A stretch of DNA of 64,000 nt from a virus. The notes under the pieces are model-generated. The model searched no databases and was not told where the DNA came from. It saw only the letters and a program-made list of their open reading frames with translations. The stretch is taken from positions 47,462-111,461 of IMG/VR virus record IMGVR_UViG_3300036859_000864. One strand, written 5' to 3'. Position 1 is the stretch's first letter. Each line of letters begins with the position of its first letter. The translations under genes were made by a program, and so were the position numbers. Below are positions 1-9,638 of this stretch, piece by piece.

Positions 1-2
1 CC

Positions 3-263
3 ACCGCTACCAACGCGGCCTACCGTTTCACGCACGATTCAAACTCCGATGGCGCGTACACGCTCCAAGAGTTCCAGTCGACCAGCGCTCTGATGCGATC
101 CTTCAATTCGTGCGCAGCGACGTCCACCCCGACGTCCCCGAGCCCGTGCGTGTCCTACGACACGTGTACTCATCCGGTCGTCGAATGCGCGTACTCAGGT
201 CTCGGGCACCAGCTTCCAGCAGGCTGGGGCACCGACACCTGGAACTTCTTCAACAGCCTCTAG
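3..263 (+). CDS. 3' end of an alpha/beta-hydrolase (PHB-depolymerase/feruloyl-esterase-like), truncated by window edge
   Basis: Not in ORF track. Open frame from nt 3 to TAG 261-263 reads ...CVSYDTCTHPVVECAYSGLGHQLPAGWGTDTWNFFNSL*, the typical C-x-x-Y-x-x-C..PV..C...GxGH...W.FF C-terminus carrying the catalytic His. Confidence 0.6.
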   Translation, partial: TATNAAYRFTHDSNSDGAYTLQEFQSTSALMRSFNSCAATSTPTSPSPCVSYDTCTHPVVECAYSGLGHQLPAGWGTDTWNFFNSL

Positions 264-370
264 CGAAACCACGAACGGCGCGAGCAGACGACACCTGCGC
301 GCGCCGTTCTCTAGAAATAAAAATGCCCGAGAACACACACCGCCCGAACGCTCCTAGCGGCGTTGCTTCT

Positions 371-586
371 ATGAAGCTCTGCGAGAAGTGCGGGCCGCTC
401 GTGTTCCGAACCGATCTCGACACGCTCGAGAAATTGCGCGAAGAGCTGTGCCCCGTGTGCAAGGCGCTCCTTCGGCTCCACACCATCGGGAAGAACCAGA
501 CCGGCGGCATACGCGCAGGCTCTATACGCGGCGGCCTCAACAAGCGCGAGGCGAAGCTGCTTCGGAAGTACGGAAACCGCGTCTGA
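371..586 (+). CDS. small Zn-ribbon protein
   Basis: CEKC...CPVC; stop overlaps next ATG (TGATG). Confidence 0.5.
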   Translation: MKLCEKCGPLVFRTDLDTLEKLREELCPVCKALLRLHTIGKNQTGGIRAGSIRGGLNKREAKLLRKYGNRV

Positions 587-2010
587 TGAAAGACACGCCT
601 CTCACCGTGACCCTCTGGAACTCCTTCTCACGCGGCCGGCGTGAAGAACGAACCTGGCGATCGTTCATCGACATCTTCGTGCGAGAGCCCGAGGTCGCGC
701 GCGACAAGCGCAAGGTGGCCGGCTTCTCCCTCGGGGCTTTCCTCGAGAACCGGCGCTCGCTCCCTCGAGTCGAGAGAGTTCATGCGCTCATTCTCGATTT
801 CGACAACGGCGACACGACAGTGAAGCAAGCCGCGCATCTACTCCCCGGCGTGCAAGGCGTGACCTACACAACATTCAGACACACACCCAAACATCCGAAG
901 CTGCGTCTCATCTTTCGCCTCAGCAGGCCCGTCGACGCCGACGAGTACGCGCGCGTCTGGGTTTGGGTAGCCGACAAGATCACGAAGGCGAAGCGGGTCC
1001 TCGACGAGTCGACGCGAGATGCGAGCCGCTTCTGGTACCTGCCGAGCCATCCGCCGGGGGCGACGTACGAGTGGCAAGAGATCGATGGGAAGCCTCTCGA
1101 CGTAGCGAAGGCGTTGAAGGAATCGAAAGCCACACACACCCGTCCCTTTCCAAGCCCCGGCAAGGCACGTGAGCGCAAGCCTCTGGCGCCCCTGCCTGGA
1201 AAAGGGCGGGTGTGTGTCGATCCCTCGGAGGCCGATCAGACCTTCTTCGGACGCGCGTTCGTGCACGCCAACATGGCCTTCGAGCTCCTCGACAACGGCG
1301 CGCTTCCCGTCACCTGCCCGTGGGCGAAGCTCCACACGAGCGGCGACGACGGCGATTCGTCGACGGTGATCTTTCCCGCGACCACCGAGGCCGGCTGGGG
1401 TCTCTTTCACTGTTCTCACGCCCACTGCGTCGGGCGGACGACGGCCGACCTCCTCGATGCCTTGCCCGCTGAGGCGCTCGAGAAGGCCCGGCACGAGCAC
1501 GGCCGCGGGATGATGAGGGTGCGGGTGATCGACGGCTGGGCGCAACGGCTAGAGGCCCTGCCGGAGTTCCCGGCGCTCGACCGGCTCATCTTGAAGTGCC
1601 GCCCGCGTGGGGGAGGCGCCGTCTTTACGATGACGGTGAAACTTGGAAGCTCGATGCACACCAACCACCTCGGGGCCGCGCCGTTGCCGTTGTTGATCGG
1701 ACGGCGTCTCGATGTCTCTATGGAGGGCCGGACGGTGAAGGCCGCTCGACTCGTCGTCGAGCCTTTCGATCGAAAGACGGCGCGAGCGCGCGGGGCGGCG
1801 ATTCTCTCGGGAGCCTCGGCGGGGGATCTGATCGCCGATGCTGACTTCGATTTTCTGTTTCAGGTATTGTGCCTGAGCTCGCGCCCCGAAGAGATGATAG
1901 GCCCGGGCGTTCGAAGGATTCGTGTGCGTGAAGACGAGCGTGGGAAGTGCTTTGAGGTCGTGCGTGTCGACGGGTCCTGCGTTGATCTTGGAAGGAGCTT
2001 GAGCGGATGA
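586..2010 (+). CDS. AEP-superfamily primase-polymerase with Zn-binding module and C-terminal DCL/DUF3223-like domain
   Basis: ALILDFD (motif I), YTTFRH..KLRLIFRLSRPV (motif II), DESTRDASRFWYLP (motif III); CPWAKLH...FHCSHAHC; start re-assigned to ATG 586, coupled to the upstream stop. Confidence 0.8.
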   Translation: MKDTPLTVTLWNSFSRGRREERTWRSFIDIFVREPEVARDKRKVAGFSLGAFLENRRSLPRVERVHALILDFDNGDTTVKQAAHLLPGVQGVTYTTFRHTPKHPKLRLIFRLSRPVDADEYARVWVWVADKITKAKRVLDESTRDASRFWYLPSHPPGATYEWQEIDGKPLDVAKALKESKATHTRPFPSPGKARERKPLAPLPGKGRVCVDPSEADQTFFGRAFVHANMAFELLDNGALPVTCPWAKLHTSGDDGDSSTVIFPATTEAGWGLFHCSHAHCVGRTTADLLDALPAEALEKARHEHGRGMMRVRVIDGWAQRLEALPEFPALDRLILKCRPRGGGAVFTMTVKLGSSMHTNHLGAAPLPLLIGRRLDVSMEGRTVKAARLVVEPFDRKTARARGAAILSGASAGDLIADADFDFLFQVLCLSSRPEEMIGPGVRRIRVREDERGKCFEVVRVDGSCVDLGRSLSG

Positions 2011-2237
2011 CGACCGATGAGAAAATGAAGATGAACGTCGAGACGACGATTTGGATCGTGGGGATCCTAATCATCGTAGGGCTGCTTGCCGTCGTGTATT
2101 TTTGGGGCAAGGGCCTTCGCAATGGGACGTGCACCGAGATGTGCCGCCCTGCGCAGTTCGACTCAGGTCAAGATGTGAACGGCGGTTGTCTTTGCATCGG
2201 TAGCGACAAGGTTCTTCGCATCAGGCCGGCGCCGTGA
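2007..2237 (+). CDS. small membrane protein with Cys-rich C-terminus
   Basis: N-terminal hydrophobic helix; ATGA overlap. Confidence 0.55.
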   Translation: MTTDEKMKMNVETTIWIVGILIIVGLLAVVYFWGKGLRNGTCTEMCRPAQFDSGQDVNGGCLCIGSDKVLRIRPAP

Positions 2238-2412
2238 CGACCGAAGAGCGATGGGAGCGTGAGAGGCGTGCGCGTGTTCGCGCTCGTGCTCGAGATACGA
2301 GTCGTGAGTTTCACGTCGTGTTGAACGTGTGGCTTCAAGAATCGCACCTATCCGGTGACAGTCGGATCCCATCTGAGAATTATTTAGGGCCGCCTAAGCG
2401 CAAGGGACACCA

Positions 2413-2634
2413 GTGATGTGGAATCCGATCACCGAGATGATCATTCAACTCGTACAGGTTGAAGAGGGGCTAGATCGGTTGCAGAAGATCGTCGATGAGT
2501 CCTCAGCGCCGAAGTCGGCGGAGTTGTTGAGCGCGCTGCTCGAGGCGACCGCGCATCTGTTGAAGATGGGTCGAACGGTCGAGGCGACCTTTACCGCGAC
2601 GGTGTGGGTCGAGCTCATTCGAAGGGCGAAATGA
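2413..2634 (+). CDS. hypothetical protein
   Basis: Coupled ORF in tightly packed operon. Confidence 0.45.
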   Translation: MMWNPITEMIIQLVQVEEGLDRLQKIVDESSAPKSAELLSALLEATAHLLKMGRTVEATFTATVWVELIRRAK

Positions 2635-2984
2635 ACTACCTGCTCTCCGAAGTCGAGGAGCCCATCTTCCAAGCGCTCGAACGTCTCGTCGCGAAAGACA
2701 TCGGGCTCCGACCGTTCGTCCACGTGTCGAAGGTCGGGCGCCCCGACGTCTTCGTTCAATTTGCGCGGCTGGTCCGGAACGGCGTTCTCTGTTTCGACGT
2801 GCCGAAACTCGAAATCGTGCTGGCTCCGACGACGCCTGCGGATGGGGCTAAACGCGCGGTAGTAGTGCTTTACATGGATCTGGGGGTGAGCATGGACGAG
2901 CGTGTTCTCATCCGCGAAGAGGAGGGTGGCTCGGGCGGCAAAGGCATTCCTTTTTGGAAGAGACCGTGGCTGCGCCCCGCGTGA
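2631..2984 (+). CDS. hypothetical protein
   Basis: ATGA overlap with upstream gene; protein-like composition. Confidence 0.5.
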   Translation: MNYLLSEVEEPIFQALERLVAKDIGLRPFVHVSKVGRPDVFVQFARLVRNGVLCFDVPKLEIVLAPTTPADGAKRAVVVLYMDLGVSMDERVLIREEEGGSGGKGIPFWKRPWLRPA

Positions 2985-3023
2985 GTTGACTTTTGACTAC
3001 GGTTGTAATACCTCCAAAAGACG

Positions 3024-3302
3024 ATGGCAGCCAAAGACGAGAAGGCGAAAGAGCGCTGGGTCGGCTGGACGCGCGATGCGATGACCGCGTACACGGAGCC
3101 GGACGACATCAAAGATCTCGACGATCTCGTCGACGACATGGTGGACACCTCGGTCGCGTACGCCAACGCGATGGCCGAGGAGTTCGATCATCTGTTCGAG
3201 AACGCCGGCGCTCGAAAGCGTCGGGGTAAGGGGAAGGGTCGGAGCCGTAGATCCGAGCCGGACCCGGACGATGACGACGACGATGACGACGATGACGACT
3301 GA
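3024..3302 (+). CDS. acidic protein with basic patch and poly-Asp tail
   Basis: ARKRRGKGKGRSRR followed by a poly-Asp run. Confidence 0.6.
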   Translation: MAAKDEKAKERWVGWTRDAMTAYTEPDDIKDLDDLVDDMVDTSVAYANAMAEEFDHLFENAGARKRRGKGKGRSRRSEPDPDDDDDDDDDDD

Positions 3303-3441
3303 GACGCCGTCGGGGGCTTTTCTCGCCCTCACGCTCTTGCTGCTCGTGCTGGTGGGTCTCCCGACGGCCTACACGGTCGTAGTGCTGTTCGGACTGAATA
3401 AGCGGTCCGAGCAGGCGGACGAAGACAAGAAGGAGTGAGTC

Positions 3442-3588
3442 ATGGCATCCAAGAAGAAAAAGAAGTCCTCGAAGAAGAAGGCGCCTGCGAAGGCCGCCAA
3501 GGGGTCCTCGAAGAAGAAGTGCACCGTGTGCCGCAAGCCCGGCCACAACGCGCGCAGTCACAGGGCCGGTTCCAAGAAAGCTCTGTGA
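3442..3588 (+). CDS. 48-aa Lys-rich protein with zinc knuckle (C-x2-C-x4-H-x4-H)
   Basis: Below ORF-track cutoff; AAGGAG RBS upstream; MASKKKKKSSKKKAPAKAAKGSSKKKCTVCRKPGHNARSHRAGSKKAL. Confidence 0.75.
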   Translation: MASKKKKKSSKKKAPAKAAKGSSKKKCTVCRKPGHNARSHRAGSKKAL

Positions 3589-3857
3589 GCGCGTTCATCG
3601 GGGACGTGAAGGGGCCGCGCCACAACAGCCCGGACGAGGCGGCTGGTGTGTGGTGCAGCCCCGGCAACGTCGAGCTCACCGTGGTTGGGGATCAGGGCGA
3701 TCCTGACTACGCCTCGGGTACCGTCAGACGAAGCCTCGATCCGATTGCCGCGCGGAACCTCGCCGCGCTCCTTGTGCGCGCCTCTGAGGAGGCCGAGCGC
3801 ATGGCCGAGCGGAAAGACCGCGAAGCCCGACAACCGAACGGAGACCTCGCAAGATGA
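3585..3857 (+). CDS. hypothetical protein
   Basis: GTGA overlap with the zinc-knuckle gene. Confidence 0.5.
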   Translation: MSAFIGDVKGPRHNSPDEAAGVWCSPGNVELTVVGDQGDPDYASGTVRRSLDPIAARNLAALLVRASEEAERMAERKDREARQPNGDLAR

Positions 3858-4129
3858 GCAGCAAGCGTCAGAAGGCCAAAGATCTAATCAACCTCGCCCT
3901 CGATGGCGACAACGACGCCAACGAGCGAGCTGCTGCGGCGATGCGGGCCGTGAAGATCATCGCCAAGTACGATCTTCTCGCCAGTCCGCTCGATGGGATT
4001 CTCGATAGCGGCAACGAGACCGTTCAAGCAGCGGGGGACATCTTCTCGAGGCTCACGGACCCGACGCTCTTGAACAGCCTCAAGAAGGTCGCGAGCCATG
4101 TCGGTCAGGCACGTCGGAGACGGCGGTGA
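3854..4129 (+). CDS. small helical protein (DUF2786-like N-terminus)
   Basis: KDLINLAL....NERAAAAMRA.K.I.KY pattern. Confidence 0.45.
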   Translation: MSSKRQKAKDLINLALDGDNDANERAAAAMRAVKIIAKYDLLASPLDGILDSGNETVQAAGDIFSRLTDPTLLNSLKKVASHVGQARRRRR

Positions 4130-4388
4130 GGGTTCGCCGCAGGCCGCGCCGTAGTAAGAAGGCGCCGATTGCTCGCCCGCGCGTGCGGGGCGGTACTTGG
4201 CTCTCTAGGGCGGCTGAGGCGTATCACCTGAATTCACGAAGGCTCATCGGATCGATCTCGAGAGAGTGCGCGCTCGGAAATATCTCGAACGCCAAGGCGG
4301 CTCGATTGATCCGTCAGGTTGAGGGGCAGTGGAGCCGGATGCACGACTTCTTGGACAAGGTGGGCGCTGAAATCGACGACGGGGTCTC

Positions 4389-4886
4389 TTGAACGGTGGA
4401 ACTATGGCTCGCTCTTCCTCTCGTGGTGCCGTTTGCGGTCCTGCTCGTCTTGCTTCGACGAAGGCGGCGCTCGCGCTTTTGAAAGAGTGGCCTTTAGAGC
4501 GTCAGATGAAAGAAGGAGTCCTCGTGAAGCAACACATACCGAAAAAGGACCCCCGTCGTCTTTCGAAACGTATCCGTTTCGCGAAACGTCATCGTCGGAT
4601 GACGTTCAAGCAGTTGGAGGCTCGTGGCAAAGAGTTCGAGCGCATGGCATTCCAGAAGCGCTTCGAGCTTGAAGTATTTTACCGCGGACTCAGTCACAAG
4701 AAAGACGAGGCCATCGAGAAGGCCGCTAGGCGCCCCTCAGAGGGCTCTGGGATGATGATCGCGACGGAGCTCCGTGACATGCGCTTCGAGTTTAAATCGG
4801 AAGCCTCCGCGCTCGCCGCCGCCGGTCGGATCAAGGCGACCGTGCGTGGCGCGCGTTGCATGCTCCGCAGCTCGAAGCGGGTCTGA
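4389..4886 (+). CDS. basic hypothetical protein
   Basis: Last ORF of rightward run; start uncertain. Confidence 0.45.
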   Translation: MNGGTMARSSSRGAVCGPARLASTKAALALLKEWPLERQMKEGVLVKQHIPKKDPRRLSKRIRFAKRHRRMTFKQLEARGKEFERMAFQKRFELEVFYRGLSHKKDEAIEKAARRPSEGSGMMIATELRDMRFEFKSEASALAAAGRIKATVRGARCMLRSSKRV

Positions 4887-4923
4887 TCTTTTGGGGTGTC
4901 GACTCTCCGCGCCCCAGCCTCGA

Positions 4924-5238
4924 CTACGTTGCAGCTAGAAACCTGGCGACGAACTCAGCCGCGTGCGCCTCGAGCTTCGCTTCGACCGTCTGTAGGAGCT
5001 GCTTCGTGTGTGGGGTCTCGGGCAGACGCCATCGAGCGCCGTCGTCGACGACCAGCTCGATGGCAGCGGCGCCCGAGTCGTCGAACACCTGCACGCGCCA
5101 CTGTAAAATCTGGCATTCGTACACGGGGCCCTTGCGGGTGTGATGCGCCGTAGTCCACTGGATTTTCCCGTTGCGTGCTTGGAGCTCCAACGTCGATACG
5201 ATTTTGACCCAGTCCTCGTGCGTTGCGCGTTTCGTCAT
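4924..5238 (-). CDS. hypothetical protein
   Basis: GGAGGG RBS before ATG 5238. Confidence 0.5.
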   Translation of the reverse strand: MTKRATHEDWVKIVSTLELQARNGKIQWTTAHHTRKGPVYECQILQWRVQVFDDSGAAAIELVVDDGARWRLPETPHTKQLLQTVEAKLEAHAAEFVARFLAAT

Positions 5239-5403
5239 CTGTCCCTCCCTAGTCATTCGACCATCGATACTGTTGCCACATCTCGTCGAGCCTTTTGACG
5301 AGACCTTCAAGCTCGGACGCCGCGCGTTTGAGGAGCTCGGCGTCTTCGGGATGTTTCTCAGCCAGTTCTCGAAGACTCGATGCTGTTTTGAGTTCGGGAT
5401 CTC

Positions 5404-5610
5404 TCACTTCGCCGCCGGTTTCTTTGGGGGAGGTGGGGGCTCGTAGATTACAGCGCGGAACCCGTACTCGAAGACCTTCGCCTTCGAGTTCTTGGTCCAC
5501 TCGGCCCAGCCTTCGAGCGGCTCTTTGAACAGAAGGTGCCGTTCGCCTTTCTTCGTGTCGATGACGACCCAAACCTGTTCCGGAACTCCGGACGGTACGA
5601 GGACGCTCAC
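5404..5610 (-). CDS. hypothetical protein
   Basis: Coupled ORF in leftward operon. Confidence 0.45.
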   Translation of the reverse strand: MSVLVPSGVPEQVWVVIDTKKGERHLLFKEPLEGWAEWTKNSKAKVFEYGFRAVIYEPPPPPKKPAAK

Positions 5611-5881
5611 GGGCGCACCTTGCGCATCCCGCTCGCGCGGGTGGCAAGCTCGAGGCGGTCCAGGGTTCCGGCGAGTGACGGGTGAGTCAGTATGTCGAAC
5701 GGAGAGTTCGGTTTGATTTCAGGTACCCACGCATCTGCGACGACGCATGCGATCTGTTCGATCTCTTCAAGCTGTCGTATACGCACGAGTATAGGGCTTG
5801 GCGATACTGAGGGCGCGTGTCCTTGAATTTCGCACAAGTAGGATCGTCTCCCGAGAATCGTACACGGGCATTCTTTGATGT

Positions 5882-6568
5882 TCATGAGGTTTCTCGTTTC
5901 GCTGCGATCCGTTCGTAGCGCATGACTTTCACGCGCCACTTCTTCTCGAGGGTCTTCGCGCGCTTCAATCGGGTCTCGGCGCGGGCGAGCATCCGCGCGG
6001 CGTGCGCGGCGCGCTGTTCGACGCGCTCGGCGGTCGCGGCCTTTTTCTTGGAGGCGCGTTCCTCTTCGGTTGAAAATACGCGCTTGGGGTAGTCAAGCCC
6101 TGCTCCGAGGGCGGTCTCGAGCCATGCGTCGAGCCTGTGATCGAGCTCGTAGCAGAGCACGCGGCCTTTTTCGTTGGCGGGGTTCGGGTCGAGCTCGACG
6201 CCCCAGAGCTCCTTCGCCGCGCGCGCGAGGGTTCGACGGAAGCGCTCGTTGTGGTGCGTGCGCGAGGGCAGCGCACAGTGGACGAGCTCGTGAACGATGG
6301 TCTCGAGCACCCACGCGAGAGAAGCTGACGGTGAAACTCGGATTCGAGCGAGACGGTTGCCGTGCGCGAGACCACCGGTCGCGAACGCCGAGTACACGAT
6401 CTTGACCTCCGTCTTCGCGATCGAGTACGGGCAGTCGTGGAAGACCGGCAGCGCTTTTACCTGCTCGACGAAGGCGGGGATGTCGAGTGGGAGCCATTCT
6501 CGAATCAGCCTTCGACGGTCACGGGCGACGCGATCTATGGCGGTGAGGTGGGAGTGGCGTGTTGTCAT
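5882..6568 (-). CDS. SprT-like zincin metalloprotease
   Basis: ETIVHELVHCAL...HHNERF (HExxH plus downstream H..F); basic coiled C-terminus; start at ATG 6568, coupled to the upstream stop. Confidence 0.7.
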   Translation of the reverse strand: MTTRHSHLTAIDRVARDRRRLIREWLPLDIPAFVEQVKALPVFHDCPYSIAKTEVKIVYSAFATGGLAHGNRLARIRVSPSASLAWVLETIVHELVHCALPSRTHHNERFRRTLARAAKELWGVELDPNPANEKGRVLCYELDHRLDAWLETALGAGLDYPKRVFSTEEERASKKKAATAERVEQRAAHAARMLARAETRLKRAKTLEKKWRVKVMRYERIAAKRETS

Positions 6569-7194
6569 TGAATCCCTACGTCGTCGATCAAGAGGGTCAC
6601 GGGTCCGGAAGCGTTCAACGCGAATCCGAAGATCTGGACGTCTTTCGGAGCGAATCCTGGGGTTGATGGGGCGTCGAAATCGAACTCGAAGCACGTCCAG
6701 TCCCCTGGCGTGAGAGTGATGTCGCGATCGGCTCCGTAGTCGTTTCCGTTCGACACGTAGGCGAGCACGTTGAGGGGACCGCCAGCCTCGAGCTTGAGCC
6801 ACACGGAGCCCCGGCGGCCTTGGAGGTCTCCTAGACTCTCTGGGAGCACGAGCCATCCGTGTGGCGCGTCTGGCGTCTCAAATCGAACGGCCCCGTCGGC
6901 GGCGTGTCCCTCCGGGCTCCAGGTCGCCGTTTCGAGGTAGGGTGGTCGGTACTCCCACTGCTCGAGGCTCTGATCGAAACCCCAGTGCCTCACCAGCCGT
7001 TCTCCGGAGCAGCCGAGCGCGGGCCCGGAGGGCGTGGTGCCGGCGTCTACGCCGCCCTCGCTCGGCGCCCCGCCATCTGGCATCGAGACGCCCCCCTCGG
7101 GCGCGGAGAGCTCGGCTTCGAGCCCCATCGGGTAGTAGCCGATACGCCCGCAACCGAGGGCGAGAAAGGCGGTCAAGAGGCTCATGCGGGGCAT
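6565..7194 (-). CDS. lipoprotein with carbohydrate-binding-like beta-sandwich domain
   Basis: Lipobox-like FLALGC, xEGG/DGG/DAG linker, Trp-rich beta domain ending LLIDDV. Confidence 0.55.
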   Translation of the reverse strand: MPRMSLLTAFLALGCGRIGYYPMGLEAELSAPEGGVSMPDGGAPSEGGVDAGTTPSGPALGCSGERLVRHWGFDQSLEQWEYRPPYLETATWSPEGHAADGAVRFETPDAPHGWLVLPESLGDLQGRRGSVWLKLEAGGPLNVLAYVSNGNDYGADRDITLTPGDWTCFEFDFDAPSTPGFAPKDVQIFGFALNASGPVTLLIDDVGIQ

Positions 7195-7199
7195 CGTGT

Positions 7200-7475
7200 T
7201 CAGTTTTCTCCTACCGGCTCGCATCGATCGGCGAACCAGCCGCACGATCCTACGCACCGGTAGTTGAACCACTTCCCTGCTATTTCGGTGGGCCCCGCTT
7301 GCCGTTGGTCGAGGGTTCGAGTGAGTTTCGAGCCGCACTTCGGGCAGACGCCGGCGTCGATCTTCGCGTCCTCGGCCTTCATGTCGCGAATCACGTCGTC
7401 GGCTTCGGCTTCGGATACCCCACCGGCAAGAAGACCGGCTCGGTAGTTGTCGTACTTGTCTTTGATCGCAGCCAT
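7200..7475 (-). CDS. Zn-ribbon protein
   Basis: CPKCG...C...CG; TGATG coupling. Confidence 0.55.
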   Translation of the reverse strand: MAAIKDKYDNYRAGLLAGGVSEAEADDVIRDMKAEDAKIDAGVCPKCGSKLTRTLDQRQAGPTEIAGKWFNYRCVGSCGWFADRCEPVGEN

Positions 7476-7936
7476 CAACCGACCTCGAGCTCGGCGGGGA
7501 GCCCGATCTCCGGATCGTCGCGCACCTCGGGGAGCTTCTCGCCTCCGATTATCGGCACCCCACCCATTTGGATGCGCTGTACGACCCAGTATAGGATCCC
7601 CATCTTCTTGAGCCCGTGCTTCTTGCGCTCGCGGAGGTAGCGATCCATCCCTTCGCCGTCGACGACGCGCTTGTCGTTCGCCATTTTGCCCACCTCGCGG
7701 AGCACGACGATCACCGCTCCAGGGCACTCCTGTGCCTTTGCGCCGGTCTTCGCGCCGACTGCGACGTGATCCGGATGCGACGGGTCGGTCAGGTGGCAAG
7801 ATTGCGGCTGCCCGCCCCCTCGAATCTGGTTCCAGAGACGGCGCAGGTTCGATTTCTTGTAGAAGCCGAACTTGTGAGGCTTGCCGTGGTTCGATTTGCG
7901 CCACGGGCACTGCGCGCACGGAGTCGTTTTGCTCAT
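7475..7936 (-). CDS. DUF6283-like Cys-rich phage protein
   Basis: PCAQCPWR...SCH...ECPGA. Confidence 0.55.
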   Translation of the reverse strand: MSKTTPCAQCPWRKSNHGKPHKFGFYKKSNLRRLWNQIRGGGQPQSCHLTDPSHPDHVAVGAKTGAKAQECPGAVIVVLREVGKMANDKRVVDGEGMDRYLRERKKHGLKKMGILYWVVQRIQMGGVPIIGGEKLPEVRDDPEIGLPAELEVG

Positions 7937-8102
7937 CGTTTACCCTTCGTCGCCATCAGGAGGGCCTCGAGCTCGGCAACGCGCGCCTTCAACGGCTCGA
8001 CTTGGGCGGCCTCCGCTTTCAAAGCCGTGACTTCGGCGCGGAGCTTCGTGATCTCGAGCTGTCGGCGCTCGAGGAGCGGGGTTAGTGTCTGACGTGAAGA
8101 GC

Positions 8103-8303
8103 TCATCGCTTCACCCGTGCGAGCTTGACGCCCTGTTCGAGCTTGTCGGCGCCTTGAGCGATGCAAAGACGCATGGCTTCGGAGCGTGTGATGGGGCTCA
8201 CGCCCGGCTGCGACATGCGACCCGCGATCTTGTCGATGCGCGCGATCAAGGATTTCGGAAGACGGATTGCCGTCTGGATCTGCTGTTCTTGTTTTTCTGC
8301 CAT
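8103..8303 (-). CDS. ribbon-helix-helix DNA-binding protein
   Basis: TAIRLPKSLIARIDKIA...TRSEAMRLCIAQG. Confidence 0.7.
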   Translation of the reverse strand: MAEKQEQQIQTAIRLPKSLIARIDKIAGRMSQPGVSPITRSEAMRLCIAQGADKLEQGVKLARVKR

Positions 8304-8308
8304 TTGGT

Positions 8309-8920
8309 TCAATGTTCCTGTCGTCGTTTTGCGATTCTGGTTCGAGCCTCGGCCTCTTCGTCCTTGGCCATGTCGGAGGCCATCTTCGAGAGTTCGTGTA
8401 GGAGCGTAGCCGGTGACTGGTGCGGCTCGTAGGTCTTCTTGAGGCGAACGGTCACATCGACGAGCGCGATCTCGAGCACGTCTTTCCCGAAACCCTCGCG
8501 TCTGAGAGCCTCGATGACGAAGCTGAGGCGATCGGATGCTTCCATCACCTGCGCTACCTGATCCGGCGTGTGCGCGGCGCGCTTGGCGGAAGGTTTCGAT
8601 CGCATGGGCCTTTGAGGTACCTCGATGCGATCTACGGCCTTCTTGCTGTCCCTGCGCCATTTCGCGCACTGAGCCGCGTGCTCGTAGATGCGCGCTTGCC
8701 TTTCGTCTCCGTTGCTTCGAGCGATTTCGGCTTTTGTCTCATCGATCGCGATGTCGATGTCGGCCTCGTTCGTTTTCATGCCGGATGTTGTCAGGATCGC
8801 CGGTACTCGACCCCCGGGGAGCTTCGACTCGCACGAACGGCAAAAGAAGATCGCCGCGGACGGTACTGGGTTCGAGCAGAACCGGCACGCAGGTTTGGGC
8901 GCGACGCTGGGGAGGCTCAC
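8309..8920 (-). CDS. protein with N-terminal Zn finger
   Basis: CRFC...FCRSC after GTG 8920. Confidence 0.5.
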   Translation of the reverse strand: MSLPSVAPKPACRFCSNPVPSAAIFFCRSCESKLPGGRVPAILTTSGMKTNEADIDIAIDETKAEIARSNGDERQARIYEHAAQCAKWRRDSKKAVDRIEVPQRPMRSKPSAKRAAHTPDQVAQVMEASDRLSFVIEALRREGFGKDVLEIALVDVTVRLKKTYEPHQSPATLLHELSKMASDMAKDEEAEARTRIAKRRQEH

Positions 8921-9390
8921 GGCGAGTCCTTGCTGGCTTGAATGGTGGTTGAGGCTTGCCCGTAGGCGTCTTGGATGTCGCCTCCGAAGAACAACTGCGT
9001 GGCGTTCAGCCCCGTGGCTGCGTCTGGGGTCCTCACGACTACCTGGAATTTGCCGGTAGGGCTCATTCGAGTGTCGTACGAGCACCTCGGGTTCGCGCGC
9101 ATCCACTCCGTGAAGATCTTGAGCGTTCGCGCGGCAGCATGCGCCATCACGATGTCGAGTTGCTCTTCGCGCGTAGGCATCGCGACAACCGTGAGCCCTC
9201 GCTTGTGGAGTTCTCGAACGAGCCTGGACGCGAGATCGATGAAAGTCTCCTCGGGATCCTCCGCGAGGGCCTTTTGATCCGTCGCGGTGATTGAATCACG
9301 GAGGCTTGCTGCGAGATCACGTGCCGTACTGTTAGGGCGGCGCGCACTCCCTCCTGTTTTTGAGGCTTGATCGGACTTCTTGACGTTCAT
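8917..9390 (-). CDS. hypothetical protein
   Basis: Start re-assigned to ATG 9390 (ATGA overlap). Confidence 0.5.
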   Translation of the reverse strand: MNVKKSDQASKTGGSARRPNSTARDLAASLRDSITATDQKALAEDPEETFIDLASRLVRELHKRGLTVVAMPTREEQLDIVMAHAAARTLKIFTEWMRANPRCSYDTRMSPTGKFQVVVRTPDAATGLNATQLFFGGDIQDAYGQASTTIQASKDSP

Positions 9391-9638
9391 GATGCTGTGC
9401 TTTCGTTGTTTGGGAGTTTTCGGGCGACCCTGCGGCAGGCGGCACGGGCCCCCTTCTGGCTTTTGCTCGTGCCCCCTCGAATGAAACCCGTTTTTGAGTG
9501 CCCGACGCGCCAGTTCCAGACGCCAACGGGATCTTCGGTAATCACGGCGACGGTGCTGGTGCGCGCGTCGCGGGCCCACTCTTGGCGCGTCCACCAGTAG
9601 GTGAAGGCTTTTTCGAGCTTGGGGGCCCCACGGCTCAT
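9387..9638 (-). CDS. hypothetical protein
   Basis: GGAGG RBS, ATGA overlap with rhomboid stop. Confidence 0.45.
   Translation of the reverse strand: MSRGAPKLEKAFTYWWTRQEWARDARTSTVAVITEDPVGVWNWRVGHSKTGFIRGGTSKSQKGARAACRRVARKLPNNESTAS

Noticed and set aside
388-585. N-terminal extension of the primase ORF in the track (similar long leaders on 5882..6856, 8917..10131, 58627..60546, 56807..57925)
   Set aside because: They overlap real upstream genes; coupled downstream starts fit better
8118-8150. Short direct repeat CGAGCTTG near the RHH gene end
   Set aside because: Two short copies inside coding sequence; chance or coding origin
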